Shown: one piece after another, positions 1 through 8,786 of the stretch
How positions within the stretch are numbered: the first letter of the stretch is position 1
How the letters are laid out: every line of letters starts with the position of its first letter
Source: Candidatus Nanopusillus sp.
GTDB taxonomy: Archaea > Nanobdellota > Nanobdellia > Nanobdellales > Nanobdellaceae
Reading direction: 5' to 3'
NCBI GenBank assembly: GCA_046533775.1
Contig: JAWDOO010000001.1
Coordinates: forward strand, 30,001 to 62,000
Length of the DNA: 32,000 nt
Position numbers and translations under genes: made by a program
Notes under the pieces: generated by a model
What the model was told of the DNA's origin: nothing
What the model saw: the letters and a program-made list of their open reading frames with translations, nothing else
Database searches by the model: none

Positions 1-204
1 GAAATTACTGGATATGATATTGGTGGAGTTCCTCCAATTGGTTTAAAACAAAAGATAAAAACAATTGTTGATAAAAGTATAATTGATCTAAATGATGATC
101 AAATAATATATTGTGGAGGTGGATCACATTATCATTTATTAAGAATTTCAAAAAAAGATTTACTTAAAGTTATGGAATATGAAGTATATGATATTAAGGT
201 TTAA
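1..204 (+). CDS. YbaK/ProX-type aminoacyl-tRNA editing (deacylase) domain protein, C-terminal fragment; the 5' end lies outside the window
   Basis: Frame +1 is open from base 1 to TAA at 202-204. My translation is EITGYDIGGVPPIGLKQKIKTIVDKSIIDLNDDQIIYCGGGSHYHLLRISKKDLLKVMEYEVYDIKV. The GGVxPxG ... GGG pattern is typical of the C-terminal end of YbaK-like editing domains. It is absent from the ORF track because it has no in-window start. Confidence 0.5.
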   Translation, partial: EITGYDIGGVPPIGLKQKIKTIVDKSIIDLNDDQIIYCGGGSHYHLLRISKKDLLKVMEYEVYDIKV

Positions 205-394
205 TTTTCTTAAAAACTGCTTTCAATGGTAAAACACCCTTTTCATATTCTATTTCTGCAATTTTTACTGGATTATATCTTATTCTTTCCATATCTTCTT
301 TAGATAATTTTACCATCATTGGAGCCCCCATTGCAATTTGTATTGCCCTTGCACCAACTAATCTAGCTAGAGCAAATTTAGAAATATCATTCAT
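194..394 (-). CDS. rpoK: DNA-directed RNA polymerase subunit K (Rpo6/omega-like)
   Basis: 66 aa. The motif ALARLVGARAIQIAMGAPMMV matches the conserved RpoK/Rpb6 core (ELARxIGxRAxQIxxGAP). It overlaps the rrp42 stop by 4 nt. Confidence 0.8.
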   Translation of the reverse strand: MNDISKFALARLVGARAIQIAMGAPMMVKLSKEDMERIRYNPVKIAEIEYEKGVLPLKAVFKKIKP

Positions 395-1182
395 TGTATT
401 TTCTTTAATAAATAATCTTTAAACTTTTCTGCTTCTGATAATAAATTATTGAATTCTTCTAAAGATATTGGACCTGATTTTCTTGTTTGTAATGCATTTA
501 TTTTATCTGATAATCCAATATGTATAATCATATCTGCAGCTTCTTCTTCATATTTATTTGGATCTACAATAAACTTATCATCAATTTTTGCAAATGAAAC
601 CATTACTGGAATATTTTTATTTAATGGTAATTTTTTATTTGTTTTATTTTTTGGATCTATCTTATATTCACCATTTTCTTTAATTAATTCTGGAAAATAT
701 GTATTCATTAATGCACATACAGATGCTAAAGTTGACGCATCAATTATATTTCCATCATTATTTAATACATATATATCTAATAATACAGACCAAACATATT
801 TACCTGATTCTATTACCAATTCTTTATCATTAATAAATCTAGATTCCCTTAATACTCTATCTACAACTCTTGAATATTCTATAGATTCCTCTGAAGTTCC
901 TAGATCAACATTAATATCAGAAACTGGAGATAAATTTACTGTTGTTACTAGAATACCTGAGTCTTCATTATCTTGAAATGGTTCTGCTATTTCCAATTTT
1001 ACCCCTGCTAAAACTTTTGTTTTTCCAAGTTCTAAATAACAAGATCCCTCCGCATTCTTTACATAATTTTTTATTATTTTTATATCTCTATATTCTAATA
1101 AACTCCTTTTATCAATCCTATAATTTTCTTTTATAATTTTTCTAATATAATCTGTAATATTCTCTTCAAAATCAATATCCAT
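391..1182 (-). CDS. rrp42: Exosome complex component Rrp42 (RNase PH-like, non-catalytic subunit)
   Basis: 263 aa. It shows the RNase PH domain pattern NAEGSCYLELGKTKVLAGVKLEIAEPFQD...SRVVDRVLRES...VWSVLLDIYVLNNDGNIIDAS. Length and motifs fit Rrp42 better than Rrp41. Confidence 0.8.
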   Translation of the reverse strand: MDIDFEENITDYIRKIIKENYRIDKRSLLEYRDIKIIKNYVKNAEGSCYLELGKTKVLAGVKLEIAEPFQDNEDSGILVTTVNLSPVSDINVDLGTSEESIEYSRVVDRVLRESRFINDKELVIESGKYVWSVLLDIYVLNNDGNIIDASTLASVCALMNTYFPELIKENGEYKIDPKNKTNKKLPLNKNIPVMVSFAKIDDKFIVDPNKYEEEAADMIIHIGLSDKINALQTRKSGPISLEEFNNLLSEAEKFKDYLLKKIQ

Positions 1183-1350
1183 TTATAAATGATTTATAAG
1201 ATAATATTTATAAAAGTGATAACCAATATGCAAAAATTATTAACCCTATTGATATGATTAATATTATAAGATCTTTAACAGCTTCTTTTATATCTTCATC
1301 CATAAATAAAATATAAAATTTTGAAAAATAAAAAGTTTAAGAAAAAGCTT

Positions 1351-4206
1351 TTACTGAATTTGTGTTGCTTGTGGATATCCGTTTACTGTTTGTGTGTCAT
1401 TTACTTCTACTATTGTTGCATTATTGAATACATTTGCATCTACATTATTTACTAAGTAGTTTGCGAATAATTCTGTTGCTTGTGTTGTATCATTTCCATA
1501 CCATCCAAATATTACTAATGTGTTTGGATATAGTGTTGATGTCATTATTAATGCTGTACCTGGTCCGAAGTTTATTCCTAATTGTTGTAATACTGGTTGT
1601 AATTCTGAACCATATATATATCCATTATACATATTTGCATATGCTTGTAATTCTTGTCCTAATGTTGCATTCATATCTGATACATATTGTATTACTGCTT
1701 GTGCTGCTAATAGGTTTACTGCTGGACCTCCTACAACTATTAAATTACTCATTGATGGTGTTACTTGTGTATCTAATATTACTTTTCCAACTAATGATGT
1801 TGGAGTTGGTACTGATACTGTTGTTGTTACCGATTCTGATACTGGTACGGATACTGTTTCTGTTACGTTTTCTGATACTGGTACTGTCATTGTTGTTGAT
1901 GATGTTTCGGATGTTGTTGAAGATGGCAATGTAGAACCTGTTGGTACTAGTCCTGCATTAATTGTTAATGGTTGTGATGGTGCATATAATTGTACTGTTG
2001 GATTAGATGATGAAGATGTACTTTCTACTAAATATACACCATTTTTATCTAAGTATGCATATGTATTACTTCCAATTGTTATCAAGTTAACTGGTTCGTA
2101 AGCATATACTGGTGTTTCACTTACGCTTCCTGATAATGATCCACTTGTTACATTTATTGATTGAGCAGAATTAGTTCCAGACAATGCTGCATTTGCAGTT
2201 CCAGATAATGTTGTTGATAAAGTTCCTGTTATATTTTCATTTAGACTTACCGTACCATTTGCTGTTGCATTAATATTTGCACTTCCCGACAAACTTCCAC
2301 TTACATTATATTCTGTCAAAGCTTGTTGTAATATGCTTACAGAGCTACTAAATCCTGAAGCATTGTATGGTAATTCTATAACTTCATTAGACCATCCTGT
2401 AGGTTCATAATCCTTGGCAAATTTTATATATAATGTACCTGATGTTGTATAGTTTAATTCTACATAATTATCGTATCCTTCATATAATGTTAAACCTGAT
2501 GTTGAAGAATACAATCCAGAACCTGAGAATGATACACTATTTCCGTTTATAGATGGTACTAATGTTATTGATCCAACTGTAAATGGTGTATTATTGTATA
2601 CTGTTAATGTTTGTCCAGTGACGTAATTGTATAACGTTGCTGATGCACCACTTGTTGTTGTACTTATTGATTGTACTTGGAATATATATGTTTGTTGTAA
2701 GTTTGCATCTACTACTGCAAAGTATCCTCCTTGTGATACTGTTAATAAAGATGAACCTGAAGATGGTGCAGTTGCACCTGGTACAGCACTTTGACTGTTT
2801 GTAATTGTTCCTACAAATCCGGAGGATGATGAAGTTATTAGTTGTAAGGTACCGTTTGTTACATATATTGGTATTGATACACTATTTCCAGTTGCAGCAT
2901 CAACATATTGTAATGTGTATTGATTATTTCCATTTGGAGCTAATTGTAATGCTAATGGACCTGTTGGTAATTGAACTGGTGCAACATATAAATTATATCC
3001 ATTAAATATTGGTAATTGATAAGATTGTCCTGCTAATAATGCATATTGTCCATTAGGTTGTGTAGAATTTAAACTAAATGTAAATTGTAATTGTGATAAA
3101 GTTTGTGCGCTAGAGTTATAATTTGTTGTAACAGTTACTCCATTAACTGCAGTACCACTAGATGTATATACACTAGTTCCACTTGTTGAAGAACTTAGTG
3201 AAAATTGATATCCACCTTGTGATATGACAATTGTTGCATAACCTGCACTAACATTGGAGGATGTTAAAACAGATGCAAATGCATTAACTACATATACATT
3301 TACTCCGTTAACATTTTGTGATGTACCTACCTGTATTGTATATTGTTGTCCATCAATATTTAATACAGCATACCAATTACCTTGTTGATCTCTTACAACA
3401 TTATTTAATTGAATTGTTAATCCATCAACTGTTTGTGTTTGTCCAACATTTAATGTTATAGAATTTGCAGCTGGTACCAAATACATATTACCATTGTTGC
3501 TATTATATGATAAATAATATGATGTACCTAATACTGTTATTTGCTGTGGATTAGAAGCCAAAGATGATACATTTACAGATGGTGAGAAATATATTGTTAA
3601 ATTTAGTAATTGACCGTTTGATGATACTACTCCTACTGATGGTACATAGTTTGAACCAGATCCAAAGTTATTAAATGTTATTTGAGCTGATGATGGTTGT
3701 ACAAGTGCTTGATATGTATAAGTTTGTCCATTAATTTGGAATGATCCTGAACCTACTTGCAATATTGGGTATACACTATTTATATTACTACCTAAGTAAA
3801 GAGGTGCTTGTGAAGAATAAAATATATATGCACCTGATGGAACCTGAGATACAGTTGATGAGCTTACATTAACTGGAACAGTCAAATTAACCGGGACTGT
3901 TACATTTTGAGTAACACTTAAATTAACTGGTACTGTTACATTTTGTGTTGATGGTACCGTAAATGTTTCTAAAGCTGCAATTATGTTTGAGGCCCCTACA
4001 ACATCTGCTGCGTTGGCATTTGCTCCTACTACTACTGTCCATGATGATGGCTGTGATTTCATAGATTGTGCTAATTGACCTATCGTAGGTGCTCCTTGAG
4101 AATATGCAGCTACTCCCAATACTCCTAATGCTCCCAAAACTGCTAAGGTCTTACCTCTCATCATAAAATATCTATATGGATTCTTTCCTTTATATCCTTT
4201 TTCCAT
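1351..4206 (-). CDS. S-layer / major surface glycoprotein candidate (secreted; Ser/Thr/Asn/Gln/Val-rich)
   Basis: 951 aa. The N-terminus looks like a signal peptide (MMRGKTLAVLGALGVLGVAAYSQGAP). An S-layer-type motif, VVVGANANAADVVGASNIIAAL, sits near the N-terminus, and LIVVGGPAVNLLAAQA sits near the C-terminus. There are dozens of N-x-S/T sequons and almost no charged residues. The gene is visibly more GC-rich than its neighbours. The true start may be the internal Met-Met (about 4164) rather than 4206. Confidence 0.7.
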   Translation of the reverse strand: MEKGYKGKNPYRYFMMRGKTLAVLGALGVLGVAAYSQGAPTIGQLAQSMKSQPSSWTVVVGANANAADVVGASNIIAALETFTVPSTQNVTVPVNLSVTQNVTVPVNLTVPVNVSSSTVSQVPSGAYIFYSSQAPLYLGSNINSVYPILQVGSGSFQINGQTYTYQALVQPSSAQITFNNFGSGSNYVPSVGVVSSNGQLLNLTIYFSPSVNVSSLASNPQQITVLGTSYYLSYNSNNGNMYLVPAANSITLNVGQTQTVDGLTIQLNNVVRDQQGNWYAVLNIDGQQYTIQVGTSQNVNGVNVYVVNAFASVLTSSNVSAGYATIVISQGGYQFSLSSSTSGTSVYTSSGTAVNGVTVTTNYNSSAQTLSQLQFTFSLNSTQPNGQYALLAGQSYQLPIFNGYNLYVAPVQLPTGPLALQLAPNGNNQYTLQYVDAATGNSVSIPIYVTNGTLQLITSSSSGFVGTITNSQSAVPGATAPSSGSSLLTVSQGGYFAVVDANLQQTYIFQVQSISTTTSGASATLYNYVTGQTLTVYNNTPFTVGSITLVPSINGNSVSFSGSGLYSSTSGLTLYEGYDNYVELNYTTSGTLYIKFAKDYEPTGWSNEVIELPYNASGFSSSVSILQQALTEYNVSGSLSGSANINATANGTVSLNENITGTLSTTLSGTANAALSGTNSAQSINVTSGSLSGSVSETPVYAYEPVNLITIGSNTYAYLDKNGVYLVESTSSSSNPTVQLYAPSQPLTINAGLVPTGSTLPSSTTSETSSTTMTVPVSENVTETVSVPVSESVTTTVSVPTPTSLVGKVILDTQVTPSMSNLIVVGGPAVNLLAAQAVIQYVSDMNATLGQELQAYANMYNGYIYGSELQPVLQQLGINFGPGTALIMTSTLYPNTLVIFGWYGNDTTQATELFANYLVNNVDANVFNNATIVEVNDTQTVNGYPQATQIQ
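3860..3955 (-). repeat. Imperfect tandem 36-nt (12-codon) repeat inside the S-layer gene
   Basis: Unit 3884-3919 (aaattaaccgggactgttacattttgag...) and unit 3920-3955 (aaattaactggtactgttacattttgtg...) are near-identical over about 27 nt. A partial third copy lies at about 3860-3883. Together they encode TQNVTVPVNLSV / TQNVTVPVNLTV / PVNVS. Confidence 0.7.
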
Positions 4207-4315
4207 GATTTATTTAATTATAATAGAATTTAAAAGATTTTCGATTTTTGATTAAAATTAATTATAACCAACAAGTAATAACTCTATTATCAAATTAAAA
4301 TATCAAAAAATAATT

Positions 4316-4984
4316 TTATAATTCTTTAGCCTTTAATAATGCTATTAATGTTACTGTTGGTACAAAAAATATCGTTAATAAAATTAAAAACATTAGTATT
4401 CCATAACTTATTGAAATTGCTAACGCATATATTAAATATATAATAGCAAATATTACGGATGCAATTATTGTGTATAATAGTATATATACGAGTAATATCA
4501 ATGATTTTTCAGGATATATTGATAATTTATTTACTTTTCCTAAAATAGATCCATAAAATGTATACAGAAGTAATACACTCAATATCATTGATACTGTAAT
4601 AATTAGCCAACCAACAATCATTAATGTTGGATTATATAATATGTACTGATAGCTTGTTAATCTAAATAAATCTATATATTCAATTGGTACTATAGTACAA
4701 TATAAACTATATAAAATAGTTATCATTCCTATAGATGCTAATAGATTTGGTATTAATAATGATAAGAATGCTGTTTTATAATCTGGATTAATATTATCTC
4801 CTGTAACTTTTGTATAATACCAAGATACTAGATTTGGATAGAAATATGAATATATTATTGCTCCCAGTATTGGTAATGCTATAGATAAAAACCCTAACAC
4901 TGAGGATGAAATAACAAACAATATACTATCTGCAAAATTTTTTCTCATATAATCAAATACTCTTTTATATATATCTACTACCAT
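4316..4984 (-). CDS. Polytopic membrane protein, paralog A of a tandem pair (function unknown)
   Basis: 222 aa with multiple hydrophobic spans. It shares the identical peptide blocks YYTKVTGDNINPDYKTAFLSLLIPNLLASIG and YGSILGKVNKLSI with the neighbouring 5017-5724 ORF. Confidence 0.6.
   Translation of the reverse strand: MVVDIYKRVFDYMRKNFADSILFVISSSVLGFLSIALPILGAIIYSYFYPNLVSWYYTKVTGDNINPDYKTAFLSLLIPNLLASIGMITILYSLYCTIVPIEYIDLFRLTSYQYILYNPTLMIVGWLIITVSMILSVLLLYTFYGSILGKVNKLSIYPEKSLILLVYILLYTIIASVIFAIIYLIYALAISISYGILMFLILLTIFFVPTVTLIALLKAKEL
4731..4822. repeat. Dispersed repeat copy 1: 92 nt with one mismatch to 5468-5559
   Basis: Direct comparison: atagatgctaata[g/a]atttggtattaataatgataagaatgctgttttataatctggattaatattatctcctgtaacttttgtataatacca. 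A second identical 41-nt patch pairs 4517-4557 with 5215-5255. Confidence 0.85.
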
Positions 4985-5016
4985 AAATAATAGATCTTAA
5001 AAAAGATATAAAAAAT

Positions 5017-5724
5017 TTACAATTCATTAGCTTTTAGTAATAATATTAGATTTAATGCTGGATATACAACTATTATATTTAAAATTGCTACAATTATATT
5101 TCCCAATAAAGGAAATATTAATGAAAATATTCCACCAATTATTGATAATATTATACTAGCAACAATATAAAATACAAGCCAATATGCAAATAATATTAAA
5201 GATTTTTCAAAATCTATTGATAATTTATTTACTTTTCCTAAAATAGATCCATAAATACTATATAATAATAATAACCAAACTATTCCACTAACTAATATTA
5301 TAATCATACCAATAACTATTCCTAAAAGAAAATATGAAGGAATACTGAAATTGGATAAATTCATCAATATTAATTGATTAAGATTACTAATATTCAATAT
5401 ATTTGTAAGGGATAATCCTGACTGTATTAAAACACTAACTAATACTGCCAATATTATAGTTATACCAATAGATGCTAATAAATTTGGTATTAATAATGAT
5501 AAGAATGCTGTTTTATAATCTGGATTAATATTATCTCCTGTAACTTTTGTATAATACCATTTAGTTAATCTAGGATAAAGATATGAAAATATAAATGCTC
5601 CTATTATTGGTAATAAAAATAATAAATCCTGTAATATATAAAATATTATACCATATATTATACTCTCTATTATATGACTCTTTACTAAATTAAAAGATTT
5701 TTTATATGTTTCTACAAGATCCAT
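5017..5724 (-). CDS. Polytopic membrane protein, paralog B of a tandem pair (function unknown)
   Basis: 235 aa and hydrophobic. See paralog A for the shared peptide blocks. The N-terminal architecture (short polar head, then TM helices) also resembles ORF 11443-12198. Confidence 0.6.
   Translation of the reverse strand: MDLVETYKKSFNLVKSHIIESIIYGIIFYILQDLLFLLPIIGAFIFSYLYPRLTKWYYTKVTGDNINPDYKTAFLSLLIPNLLASIGITIILAVLVSVLIQSGLSLTNILNISNLNQLILMNLSNFSIPSYFLLGIVIGMIIILVSGIVWLLLLYSIYGSILGKVNKLSIDFEKSLILFAYWLVFYIVASIILSIIGGIFSLIFPLLGNIIVAILNIIVVYPALNLILLLKANEL
5468..5559. repeat. Dispersed repeat copy 2 (pairs with 4731-4822)
   Basis: Same 92-nt block at an offset of 737 nt. The flanking coding sequence is much more diverged. 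Confidence 0.85.
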
Positions 5725-5754
5725 AAAAATTGATTCTTAATAAAATTTAAAATG

Positions 5755-7278
5755 TTATCTTTTTGCAAACTTTATACCTTTCTTTTCATATTCAATGAGA
5801 TTAATTAATAATTCCTCCTCACTTTTATATTCCTTCTTTAATAAAAATTTTGCAGATAAATAACTTATACCTTTACCAGCATAAACAAATACAAATTTTT
5901 TACCATAATTCCTTAATAATTCAGCAGTTATATTTAACTTTTTCTCATCTTCCAAATCTTTTTCACTTTTTGCAACACCAAAATATTGACCTCCACATTT
6001 TTTACATTTAAATTTTTCATCATAATCCTTTACTTTTATTTTATATTTTGTTCCACATGCCATACAAACAAATATTAATTCTGTATTTTCAATTCTTTCC
6101 TTTACCAATTTTAATACTTCTCTCCATTTATCAGAAATTAATACATCTGATACATATTCTTCCAATCCTAAAATTGCTAAGGGTGATATATTTTCTTTAT
6201 CAATAATATTTACCTTTATTTTTCTTTCTTTTATTTTCTTTAATATCATCTTTAAATTTTTTACATCCAATTTTTCAATAAATAATTCATTTAATGTTTC
6301 CTTATATACTGGTGTACCAATTAAATGATCTAAAATTCTTCTTAGAGTAGATTTTGAATAATCTGCATCCTTTCTAATTACTCCAAATCTTTTTGCAACA
6401 TGAGAAAATTTCCATAAAAACAAATCTGTATTAACTATTGCTTTTTCCAATATATTTTCAACATTATCTAAATCAATATTTTCAATTACTTCCTTAATAT
6501 TTTCCTTTGTAATATATCCGGCTTTTAACATTATCCTATAAGGATCTGTTTTTATACCAACAACAATCCCATATTTTTCGGACAATATTTGAGAAATTAA
6601 TCTTGATAATGCATCATTTATTTTACTTCCGAATGGAGAATGAATAATAAACCAATCCCTATATTGTTCAATATAAATATTATCTTTACTTGGATAAAAA
6701 TATAATTCTTGATTTTTTAATTCATCAAAATTTAATAAATCTCTTTTTATTTCTTGTGCTTCCTGTGCAACTTCTAATGGAACTGGTAATAATTCACCTT
6801 CCCAGGAAGGTATTGCAGATTCAAAATCTTTTTCCAGTCCAACCAAAATTTTCTTTTTTTCAATCTTTTCAATTTTCCATGGTAAACCTCTTAATATAAA
6901 TATTGTACCAGGATTTCCATGTTTTGCAACAAATTCTTCATGTAATATACCAATTTTTTGTCCTGTTGTTATATCATATACATCATATGATTTTTCATCT
7001 GGTATCATTGAAATATTATCTAAAAAATAAAATAATCCTTTTCTTGTCTTAATTAATTTCTTATTTTCTTTATCATATATTAAAATCTTTATTGAATCTA
7101 AGAAATTTATTATATTTAAAAATTCTTCATATGTTAAATCTTTATATATATATGATCTTTTTATTGTATTCCAAACAAGATCAATATTAACTTCTCCATA
7201 TTCTAAGGTCATCCCAACAATTTGATTAGATAATACATCTAGAGCATTATAATGTATTTCTGGTTTTTCAATTTTCAT
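5755..7278 (-). CDS. Lhr-type helicase C-terminal half (winged-helix and DEAD/H-associated domain plus Zn-ribbon); no RecA helicase core
   Basis: 507 aa. It starts with YNALDVLSNQIVGMTLEY...IDLVWNTIKRSYIYKDLTYEEFLNIINFLDS, the pattern that directly follows the helicase core in Lhr proteins. It also has FILRGLPWKIEKIEKKKILV and a C-terminal CxxC...CxxC element (CMACGTKYKIKVKDYDEKFKCKKCGG). Upstream is a divergent promoter region, not a helicase-core gene. Confidence 0.6.
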   Translation of the reverse strand: MKIEKPEIHYNALDVLSNQIVGMTLEYGEVNIDLVWNTIKRSYIYKDLTYEEFLNIINFLDSIKILIYDKENKKLIKTRKGLFYFLDNISMIPDEKSYDVYDITTGQKIGILHEEFVAKHGNPGTIFILRGLPWKIEKIEKKKILVGLEKDFESAIPSWEGELLPVPLEVAQEAQEIKRDLLNFDELKNQELYFYPSKDNIYIEQYRDWFIIHSPFGSKINDALSRLISQILSEKYGIVVGIKTDPYRIMLKAGYITKENIKEVIENIDLDNVENILEKAIVNTDLFLWKFSHVAKRFGVIRKDADYSKSTLRRILDHLIGTPVYKETLNELFIEKLDVKNLKMILKKIKERKIKVNIIDKENISPLAILGLEEYVSDVLISDKWREVLKLVKERIENTELIFVCMACGTKYKIKVKDYDEKFKCKKCGGQYFGVAKSEKDLEDEKKLNITAELLRNYGKKFVFVYAGKGISYLSAKFLLKKEYKSEEELLINLIEYEKKGIKFAKR

Positions 7279-7472
7279 TATTTATATTACTATAAAATTA
7301 TTTTATATAATATTCTAAGCATATATATTTATAAAATTTTTCAAAAATATTATTACTATTTGAAATATATAAATATAAACTAAATAAAAAATTTTATAAA
7401 ACGCATTTGGAGGATCTAATAATGCATATTTATAATCTAAAAATTTTAAAAGAATTATAATAATAATCCTTC

Positions 7473-8786
7473 ATGAAAAATGATTATATTTACATATTTC
7501 TTATATCATTTATACCACAAATAATTATTTTATTATTATCTCCTCCAATATTGTTTTGGGATGAATATTCATATTTAGATAATGTAAAACACGTATTATT
7601 AAATACCCCATATTTTGAATATTATAGATTCCCATTATTATGGTGGATATTAATTCCAATTTCTTATATTACAAATTTTAATATATTTTTTATAAAATTA
7701 TTTTTAATTTTCATTTTTTCTTTATCTACAGTATTTTTATATAAAATATTAGAAGATTATAATAATAAATATATAAACTATATTTTGATTTTATTTTATT
7801 CATTAAATGGTTTATTTTTAATTTGGGCATCAAGAATTTATCCAGATGTTTTAGCATCTTCTCTATTAATTTTTTCAATATATTTCTATATAAAATATTT
7901 TAAAGATAATAGAGAAAGAAATTTAATTTTATATTCATTATTTTCAATTTTATCAATTCTTTCAAAATATGAATATGGTTTATGGTTAATTTCTTCAATA
8001 ATTTTTTTAAAAAATAAGGATAAATTAAAAACAATATTATATTCTTTTCTATTTTCAATCCCATATTTTTTATATAACTTAATATTATATCATAATCCAA
8101 TATTTATATTTATTAAACAGGCTGAAGTTGTTTATACATATACATCTTATCAACCTATTTCATTATTTTTATTCAATTTATTTATATTTTCCTCCGCATA
8201 TTTATTTTCTTTATTACAAAACCCAAAGAAAATTGAAAACTATAATAAGTCTATATATTTATATATAATATTATCAATAGTATTTCTTGCATTTTTTGTT
8301 AAATCAAAAGATGCAAGATATATTTTAATGATATTACCTTCATTTTTAATATTAACAAGAATATTTATTAATAAAATAAAAGGTTTACAATTTCCGTATT
8401 TATTTTTATTCTCATTATTAAATATTATATCAATATATTATGGTATAATATTTTTAATAAATTATAATACAAACCTTGGAAACACATATTTAAATTATAT
8501 ATATAAAGCTTCAGAATACTTAAATCAATATCATCCAAAAGTAATATTAACAAATGTTAATTGGCCAATGATTGCATATTACACAAATTCTCAGGTTTAT
8601 ATAATGTATAATGCTACATATTTAATCCCAAGAGTTTATCCTCAATTTATTATATATTCTCCAAATTGCGGAACACCTTTTCCATTTAATCCAAATGATT
8701 ATAATATATCATTAATATATTATTATATAGATCCAAATGATTGCCAAATATATATTTATAAAGTAAATAGCTATTCTGTTAAATAG
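7473..8786 (+). CDS. GT-C fold glycosyltransferase (PMT_2 / ArnT-like, GT39/GT83-type), polytopic membrane protein
   Basis: 437 aa with about 10 or more hydrophobic spans. The first-loop motif LFWDEYSYLDNVKH followed by YRFPLLWW resembles the DE...Y / KPPL-xW signature of ArnT/PMT_2 enzymes. Confidence 0.55.
   Translation: MKNDYIYIFLISFIPQIIILLLSPPILFWDEYSYLDNVKHVLLNTPYFEYYRFPLLWWILIPISYITNFNIFFIKLFLIFIFSLSTVFLYKILEDYNNKYINYILILFYSLNGLFLIWASRIYPDVLASSLLIFSIYFYIKYFKDNRERNLILYSLFSILSILSKYEYGLWLISSIIFLKNKDKLKTILYSFLFSIPYFLYNLILYHNPIFIFIKQAEVVYTYTSYQPISLFLFNLFIFSSAYLFSLLQNPKKIENYNKSIYLYIILSIVFLAFFVKSKDARYILMILPSFLILTRIFINKIKGLQFPYLFLFSLLNIISIYYGIIFLINYNTNLGNTYLNYIYKASEYLNQYHPKVILTNVNWPMIAYYTNSQVYIMYNATYLIPRVYPQFIIYSPNCGTPFPFNPNDYNISLIYYYIDPNDCQIYIYKVNSYSVK

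Noticed and set aside
449-1136. Plus-strand ORFs 449-976 and 942-1136 antisense to rrp42
   Set aside because: They have no motifs and low-complexity Ser/Leu/Ile/Phe content. They are completely embedded in a well-supported RNase PH-domain gene.
1208-1303. 31-codon minus-strand ORF (MDEDIKEAVKDLIILIISIGLIIFAYWLSLL) in the spacer between the S-layer gene and rrp42
   Set aside because: It looks like a small TM peptide. However, a 31-codon open frame has a roughly 5 percent chance per start in DNA of this composition, and AT-rich codons automatically give Ile/Leu/Phe-rich pseudo-helices. It has no coupling signal or other support.
1434-3005. Three plus-strand ORFs (1434-1934, 1520-2101 and 2805-3005) antisense to the S-layer gene
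   Set aside because: Their translations are low-complexity (Leu/Val/Ile/His strings or Gly/Thr/Val/Asp runs). They lie fully inside a much longer, motif-supported minus-strand gene whose skewed composition suppresses stop codons on the opposite strand.
4229-4236. Individual TATA-box calls upstream of most genes (for example TTTTAAAT about 25 nt upstream of the S-layer ATG)
   Set aside because: TATA-like octamers occur everywhere in DNA this AT-rich, so single-site calls are not statistically meaningful without transcription start site data. Only the palindromic secE/rpl11 case is reported.
7279-7472. Possible replication origin or ORB elements in the AT-rich 194-nt divergent spacer, including the inverted GCATT...AATGC and the repeated GCATAT-TTATAA motifs
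   Set aside because: There is no cdc6/orc1 gene nearby and no recognisable ORB or mini-ORB consensus. The repeats are short and A/T-dominated. They are most simply explained as two divergent promoters.
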